Assembly: GCA_965116495.1 (NCBI GenBank)
Contig: OZ220696.1
Span: 2,208,001 to 2,272,000 of the forward strand
Direction: 5' to 3'
Source: Gammaproteobacteria bacterium
Lineage (GTDB): Bacteria > Pseudomonadota > Gammaproteobacteria > Eutrophobiales > Eutrophobiaceae
Length of the DNA stretch: 64,000 nt
A model generated the notes under the pieces. The model was not told where the DNA came from. It saw only the letters and a list, made by a program, of their open reading frames with translations, and made no database searches. The first letter of the stretch is position 1; every line of letters begins with the position of its first letter. The translations under genes and the position numbers were made by a program. Of this stretch, positions 58,294 to 64,000 are shown in pieces.

Positions 58294-59385
58294 ATGAGCC
58301 AGCGTGTTTTACCTGAATGGAGTAAAGACGAACTGGAATACGTGGAACCGACCCAGGTTGTACGCAGTTTCGGTTACGACGTGTTTGCCAACGAAGTCAG
58401 TGAAGAAACCCTGGGCTACAACGAACAGACCATAACCAGGGTCCTGCAGGTGGACGGTGAAGTAGCCGCTGAAAAGAGACGTTTTTCCAGTCTCGAAGAA
58501 GCGGCGGAGAGTATCAAGCAGGTCGGTCTGGAAGCAGGCGCGGAAATGGTCGGGATTACCGAAGTCAATCCGTATCACGTATACAAGGGAAATGATGTCC
58601 CGCATAAGTACGCCGTGATCCTCGCCAGCAGAATGGAATACGACGAAATGAAGTACGGCGCCACGGAGCGGCACGTCAGGGAAGTGCTGCGCAGTTATGC
58701 TGAAATGGGTTCGCTGTCAGCGAAGGTGGCTGAATTTATCCGCGCATCAGGCTATCCCGCGCGTGCGCACTCGCTGAGGTTCGAGCAAATAAACATGATC
58801 CCTCATGCCGTCCAGGCCGGTTTGGGACAGCTAGGTAAACATGGCTCTCTTATTAATGAACAACTCGGTTGTTCGTTCCGGTTGTCGGCCGTCACTACCG
58901 ATTTGCCCATGAGGCTGGATTCGTTCAGGGACTACGGTGTTGAAGATACCTGCAGGAATTGCAGCATGTGTGTCAAGCACTGTCCGGGTGATGCCATCGT
59001 CCACGACAAGCAGGAAGTAAGAGGCATTATGAAGTGGGTGGTCGATACGGAGGCCTGCGCACCGTACTGGGGCAGCTACCATGCCTGCGGGATCTGCCTT
59101 GAGATCTGTCCCGCCAATGTGAAGGCGTTTGACGGCAAGTATAAAAACTCATTTATAGAACGCATAAAACAGATTGACGTCAAGCAACGGCGGCAGGAGT
59201 TGGAAACAGGTTTGCAGCAACCCTGGGAGAACGCGATTGAACCGGACGACAAGTCAGAAGGCTGGCGCAACCGGGTCAAGGGACAGGGCCACGCCGCGTT
59301 CCTGATGCAAGGCATTCCGGCTGAGGGATTGCCGGACGAGGTCTACGAGATTCGCTCAGCGATGGGAATCGAACCGGGGATCTGA
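58294..59385 (+). CDS. Reductive dehalogenase / epoxyqueuosine reductase-like 2x[4Fe-4S] protein
   Basis: 'GAEMVGIT', 'AEFIRASGYPARAH', 'AGLGQLGKHG', 'VTTDLP', 'CRNCSMCVKHCP', 'C..YW....CGICLEICP'. Confidence 0.8.
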   Translation: MSQRVLPEWSKDELEYVEPTQVVRSFGYDVFANEVSEETLGYNEQTITRVLQVDGEVAAEKRRFSSLEEAAESIKQVGLEAGAEMVGITEVNPYHVYKGNDVPHKYAVILASRMEYDEMKYGATERHVREVLRSYAEMGSLSAKVAEFIRASGYPARAHSLRFEQINMIPHAVQAGLGQLGKHGSLINEQLGCSFRLSAVTTDLPMRLDSFRDYGVEDTCRNCSMCVKHCPGDAIVHDKQEVRGIMKWVVDTEACAPYWGSYHACGICLEICPANVKAFDGKYKNSFIERIKQIDVKQRRQELETGLQQPWENAIEPDDKSEGWRNRVKGQGHAAFLMQGIPAEGLPDEVYEIRSAMGIEPGI

Positions 59386-59867
59386 ACTGCAGAATATATT
59401 CTTGACATACGGGAGAACATAAACGGCATATTGGCGGAGGGAGAGGCTGCCATTTCAAGGTTTTGTGCATTTCCTATTGTTCTCACTATTGTCAGGAACA
59501 AACCAGGGCAACCGCATACTTATATGCAGGCGAAAGACCTGCCTCGATTACGTACCACTCCTCTGCAAACGGGAGTCCAGTCAGACAACAGTCGCTTGCA
59601 ACACCTTATAACGTGTCCTGACAGGACACGTGTTCCACTGGACTCCCGCTTTCGCGGGAGTGGTATGAGATGTCTTCATACTTTTATTTCCTGCATATAT
59701 CAAGTATACGGTTGCCCTGTCACGTGCCTGAAATGATATTCGGTCGAGAGACGTCAAAGCAATAAATATGCTACGATAACTCATTGACAGAAAAATGTTT
59801 TCGTATGCAACAGGGCACGTGCCGCAGCACTTGACTTTCCGTAACTCGCAATCCTGCCCGTTCAATA

Positions 59868-60704
59868 ATGAGCCAGATGACGTCTGAACAAATCAATTTT
59901 TTCCTTCAATTCATCCACTTGGAAAAGTTGTTTGGCAATTTCCCCGGCGCAAGCGACCAGAACATAGCGCCGATATTCGGCCTTGACGCGGTTCGATACC
60001 GACAAATCAGGAACGATTTTAAGGAAAACGCTCGCGTTGCTGCTGAGACACTGCTGGCCGAGCCGGATTTTGCCAGCCTGGTCGACCGTCTGCCCTTCGC
60101 CCCTGACTCCACAATCCTGGCAGTGGGCGATAGCGTCACCGATGATGATCAATCCTGGCTAGAAATGCTGCGCCACCTGCTCAATATCAAGCGCCCTGAT
60201 AACCAGGTCCGGATTATCAATGCCGGTGTATCAGGCGATTCAACTACTCACGTCATCAGCCGCTTCCCTGAACTGACGTCGTCAGAACCTGACTGGATCC
60301 TGTTCATGATTGGCTTGAATGACGCGAGAAGGCACGGCAGGGCACCGGAGAAAACCCTGGTGAGCCTGGATGAAACAGGAAAAAACCTGAGTGAGTTACG
60401 ACGCCTCGCCATTGCGCAAACAAACGCCGAGCTTGTCTGGATAACGCCACCGACGCTGATTGAGCAAAAGGTTTTGGAATTCTGGCTGTTCAACGCCATG
60501 CAAACCTGCTGGACAAACACCGATGTTGACGCCGTCGCAAAGCTAATAAAACAATTGCCGGATAAAATCGTTGACGTGCATTCCGCATTCGGATTGCCGC
60601 CCATGCCTGAATTATTACTGGATGACGGCCTTCACCCGTCGTTACAAGGCCAGAAGACTATTGTAACCGCGTTGGTGGAAACTCTCGCTCGCAGCTCTCC
60701 CTGA
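59868..60704 (+). CDS. SGNH/GDSL hydrolase
   Basis: 'GDSVT', 'NAGVSG', 'GLND', 'DGLHP'. Confidence 0.9.
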   Translation: MSQMTSEQINFFLQFIHLEKLFGNFPGASDQNIAPIFGLDAVRYRQIRNDFKENARVAAETLLAEPDFASLVDRLPFAPDSTILAVGDSVTDDDQSWLEMLRHLLNIKRPDNQVRIINAGVSGDSTTHVISRFPELTSSEPDWILFMIGLNDARRHGRAPEKTLVSLDETGKNLSELRRLAIAQTNAELVWITPPTLIEQKVLEFWLFNAMQTCWTNTDVDAVAKLIKQLPDKIVDVHSAFGLPPMPELLLDDGLHPSLQGQKTIVTALVETLARSSP

Positions 60705-60752
60705 GCCCAAGGCAGCCAGGATCGGAAAGGAGGGAAATTCCGGGTGCTCAGC

Positions 60753-62210
60753 TTACACGCCAAAATAGTCATGGAACGAGCTGTCCGGATCGTACTGCTT
60801 GCGCAAGGCTCGGAGCCTGGTCCAACTATCCGGCGTGAATGACCGCCGGTTTCTTTCCGGGTAGTTGACGACGTCCTCGTTGTTGATGTAATGCCCCAGG
60901 GAGAACGGTTCCAGTACCGACATGGTGTCGCGTAACCACCCCGCTACCCGGTTATCGTCTTTTGCATCCTGCCAGGTGAGCACCGACAGGATATTCGTGC
61001 TGCCGATCAGTGAAAAAGCCGCATCCTCGGGCAGTCTGGTATTGCCCATAAAACGAATGCTGACAGTGGTGACAGGCGTCACCGCTTCCCGCATGCGTTC
61101 GCTGAGCGCGGCGATGACCGTAGCGATGGAATTGCTCCAGACGCCTTCAGTGGCCATGCGCCCATGCGGGAAGGATTCCCCTGTTTCACCCGTCAGTATC
61201 TTGAGATTGGTCGGCTCGTATTCCGTTTTTTGCAGCGGGTTATGGCCCAGACTGCTTTTTGCAACGGGTTCCAGCAATGCTCGCGCTTCCTCCTCGTCAG
61301 CGCCGTAGGCGATAGCGTTCACTATGCAAACCTGCCCGGGAGCGCCGGCCGCAACCGCCTGCTTGTCCGGATTACCCGTCAGCAGCAGTATCAATTCAAG
61401 CCTGTGGTCACTGTTCGGCACAAGCTCTTCCAGCACGGCGGCCACTCCCGCATGGTTATCCAGAGAGTGGATATACTGTGACGTGGTGATCGCCCCCGGC
61501 AACGAATACGCACGAAGGTAGTATTTTGTCACCACCCCGAAAAATCCGGGCCCGGCTCCCCGCACGGCCCAGTAAACATCAGGGTATTGCCGTGCATTGA
61601 CCGTCAGCATCTCTCCACCGGCGGTGACCACATCGGCGCCGGTAACGGAAAAACAGGCAATCCCCCATGTGTTGGGATTGAAGCCGAGGCCGCCGCCCAA
61701 CAGGAACCCGCCAATGGCGACACTGCCGCCCCTGGCCACAGGAAATCCCATCCCGTGCGGCTCAAGCGCGTGCAACAGGGTCGGTCCCCAGGTGCCCGGT
61801 CCTGCCGTAGCCGTAAGGTTTTCCGGGTCCACCGTCACATCCCTCATTCCGAGCAGGTCAATCAGCATCCCGTCTTCACGCAGGAATGAACCCGGTATGC
61901 TGTGGCCGCCGCTCTTTGCAATCACCTTCAAACCATGACTGCGCGCATGGTTGACGGCAGCAACCACGTCGTTGGCAGAATTCGCCTGAACGATTAAATC
62001 AGGCCGCCGCGCCGGTTTGGCCCGTTGCCATACCAGACCCCTTCTTATCGCTTCATAGTCGGAATGAGCGCGGCCAACCATCTTCCCGTTGGGCGCTCGT
62101 GCCGAAGTTTCCCGGGGTCTGGAAAAAGTAAGCAGCGTCCCGAGAAATCCAAGCAGGTTGCGCAAAAACTGCCTTCGGCAAAGACTGTTCAGCGCGGCCT
62201 TGAAAGCCAT
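60753..62210 (-). CDS. Tat-exported FAD-linked oxidoreductase (BBE/VAO family)
   Basis: 'RRQFL' Tat motif, 'KSGGHS', 'GGFLLGGG', 'WAVRGAG', 'YDPDSSF'. Confidence 0.88.
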   Translation of the reverse strand: MAFKAALNSLCRRQFLRNLLGFLGTLLTFSRPRETSARAPNGKMVGRAHSDYEAIRRGLVWQRAKPARRPDLIVQANSANDVVAAVNHARSHGLKVIAKSGGHSIPGSFLREDGMLIDLLGMRDVTVDPENLTATAGPGTWGPTLLHALEPHGMGFPVARGGSVAIGGFLLGGGLGFNPNTWGIACFSVTGADVVTAGGEMLTVNARQYPDVYWAVRGAGPGFFGVVTKYYLRAYSLPGAITTSQYIHSLDNHAGVAAVLEELVPNSDHRLELILLLTGNPDKQAVAAGAPGQVCIVNAIAYGADEEEARALLEPVAKSSLGHNPLQKTEYEPTNLKILTGETGESFPHGRMATEGVWSNSIATVIAALSERMREAVTPVTTVSIRFMGNTRLPEDAAFSLIGSTNILSVLTWQDAKDDNRVAGWLRDTMSVLEPFSLGHYINNEDVVNYPERNRRSFTPDSWTRLRALRKQYDPDSSFHDYFGV

Positions 62211-62215
62211 TCAGG

Positions 62216-64000
62216 CTAATTAAAATTGCGGCGCAGACTCACGGACCAGGTGGCCGGCATACCGTACACGCCCTCTATTATACCCGAACCGGCAACGCCC
62301 GTAGTGACGTATGCCTCATCAGTGATATTGCGTCCCGCCGCGGTAAGCGACCACCTGTCATCAGCATCGCGCCAGGTCAGGGCAAGGTTCAACAAGGTAT
62401 ATCCAGGTTGGGTCAATAACGGCGTATTTTTTGCGTCATTATATACCTTGCTGGTGTAGGACAGATCCAGGCGTGGCGTCAACGACCCCATATCACCCAG
62501 GCTATACTCGTATTGAGCTGCCACAGTCACATTCCACTCCGGCGCATTGGTCAACTCACCATCTATATCGAATTCAACCACGTCATCATCCAGTCGAACG
62601 TACTTCGAATCCAGGTAGCCTATGCCGACCTGCAGTAACGCTTCGGCGACCGGCGCAGCGGTCATTTCCAGTTCAAAACCCCAGAGTTCTGCCTCTGCCG
62701 CGTTCTTGGTGGCAAGACCGATAACGGGCTGCTCCGGGGAACCCGTGCCGGTTGCCGCATTTACAAACACCTGTAAATCAGTGTAATCGGTGAAGAAACC
62801 CGTGCCGTTCAACCGCACCCGGTTATCTAACCAGGTGGACTTGAAGCCCAGTTCATACACCTTCACAAATTCAGGTCCGGCTGTCGGCGTTGCCGTCGCC
62901 GGCGGGAACACCCGCTGGGTAAACGCGCCGGCCTTGAAACCCTCCGAATAGGAGGCATAAGTCATTAAATCCCCGGTCCACTGGTAAGACAGGTTGACGT
63001 AAGGCTGCAACTCACTGGTATCTGAATTAGCCGGCTCGGGCGGTAACACACAGGCGCCGTCTCCGGGCAAGGGAATCGGATTATTCCGACAATCGGGCAA
63101 GCCCCTGACCAGGCCATTGTGGTCTATGCCTACTTTGGAATCCGCATTGAACTGCTTATCCTCATCCGTATAGCGCACACCAGCCGTCAATGACAACTGC
63201 TCAGTTATGCCGTAGGTCCCCTGGGCAAAAAATGCCTTGCTCTCATTCTTGATGGAGCCACCACTGTCAAACACGGTATTCAACACCAGTTCCACCACGT
63301 CCAGGTGTTTGCCGGTTTCTTTCAGGTAATAAAGTCCCAGGATGTAACCCAGACGGTCATCAAAGGCATTGCCCAGCAACTGAAGTTCCTGGGTGGTCTG
63401 TTTCTGCTCATAGTCATTGGTAGTGCGGGCCAGAACGTGGTTCTGATTACCCGAATGACCACTGTCCCGGGACCAGAAACCATCTTCCACCCGGCGGTGC
63501 GCGCTGATGGATTTGAAAGTGAGGTTATCATTGAAATCCCATTCAATGGTCCCGCTGACACCCCAGACGTTCAATTCGGACGCCGGCCGTACACTGATAC
63601 CAAAATGCTCGTCCGTTTGCAATTCAGGCGTGGAACTGTGGTGACTGCTGTGGGTCCTGAAGGGGCCTATTGCCCATTGGGCGTTATAGCAGTTGGGATT
63701 ATTTAATCTGCCCGGGTCAGAACTGGTGCATTGCGGGTCGCCCGACAACACATTGTTGAAGGGAGTAAACCCCGCAGCAGCGCCACTGTCAATCGTTCCA
63801 ATCAGGACATTGGGGGCAGGCGCCTCGTCGGTGGTCGAATAATCGCCTGTAACATCAACCGTCAAGGCATCGGACGGCGTCCAGCGCAGCGCAACGCGCC
63901 CGGATAAATCCTCGTTATCGCCGAGATCAGGCTCTTTGGGCGCCCCCGGCACACAGTTAAGAGTACAACCAAGGTTTTTCACGTAGCCGTCCCGGTTCCT
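62216..64000 (-). CDS. TonB-dependent receptor (5' end beyond the window)
   Basis: Beta-barrel motifs 'YASYSEGFKAG', 'YELGFKS', 'NAAEAELWGFELE', terminal 'RNFN'. Confidence 0.88.
   Translation of the reverse strand, partial: RNRDGYVKNLGCTLNCVPGAPKEPDLGDNEDLSGRVALRWTPSDALTVDVTGDYSTTDEAPAPNVLIGTIDSGAAAGFTPFNNVLSGDPQCTSSDPGRLNNPNCYNAQWAIGPFRTHSSHHSSTPELQTDEHFGISVRPASELNVWGVSGTIEWDFNDNLTFKSISAHRRVEDGFWSRDSGHSGNQNHVLARTTNDYEQKQTTQELQLLGNAFDDRLGYILGLYYLKETGKHLDVVELVLNTVFDSGGSIKNESKAFFAQGTYGITEQLSLTAGVRYTDEDKQFNADSKVGIDHNGLVRGLPDCRNNPIPLPGDGACVLPPEPANSDTSELQPYVNLSYQWTGDLMTYASYSEGFKAGAFTQRVFPPATATPTAGPEFVKVYELGFKSTWLDNRVRLNGTGFFTDYTDLQVFVNAATGTGSPEQPVIGLATKNAAEAELWGFELEMTAAPVAEALLQVGIGYLDSKYVRLDDDVVEFDIDGELTNAPEWNVTVAAQYEYSLGDMGSLTPRLDLSYTSKVYNDAKNTPLLTQPGYTLLNLALTWRDADDRWSLTAAGRNITDEAYVTTGVAGSGIIEGVYGMPATWSVSLRRNFN

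Overview
Probably a chromosomal window from a proteobacterium (inferred from gene content), and almost all of it is accessory. (1) 1-2.1 kb: tail of a conjugation-related module (VirD4/TraD-like coupling protein, TrbM). (2) 2.2-4.3 kb: housekeeping genes (M17 aminopeptidase, gloA). (3) 4.4-22.1 kb: a defence island. It holds a single-strand DNA phosphorothioation writer (sspA divergent from sspBCD) with no sspE, sspFGH or pglZ in the window. Next come an AT-rich GIY-YIG + DGQHR gene pair, an IS21-type end, and a convergent four-gene operon (PLD-SF2 helicase, small protein, CxC SMC-type ABC ATPase, small protein) resembling PbeABCD. The island ends with a broken macrodomain gene, a Fic gene and an AAA ATPase, framed by interleaved duplications. 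(4) 22.2-30.1 kb: heteroaromatic/amide catabolic genes. (5) 30.3-33.2 kb: two type II TA pairs and an AAA_14 ATPase. (6) 33.4-54.9 kb: five paralogous VanA/Ndm-type Rieske oxygenases with MFS transporters, a TonB receptor, a purine deaminase, AraC and a GcvT-like demethylase. This cluster is split by an IS200-bracketed cassette carrying an XamI-like RM system and a coupled metallophosphoesterase + Hsp90-like ATPase pair. (7) 55-64 kb: tRNA-Arg(ACG), beta-barrel protein, fhs, an RdhA/QueG-like Fe-S protein, SGNH hydrolase, Tat FAD oxidase and a TonB receptor. The best candidates for undescribed systems are the hybrid Ssp/DGQHR-GIY-YIG/Pbe-like phosphorothioate locus, the metallophosphoesterase-Hsp90 pair, and the multi-Rieske demethylation/C1 cluster. 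All family calls come from motif recognition by eye; no searches were run.
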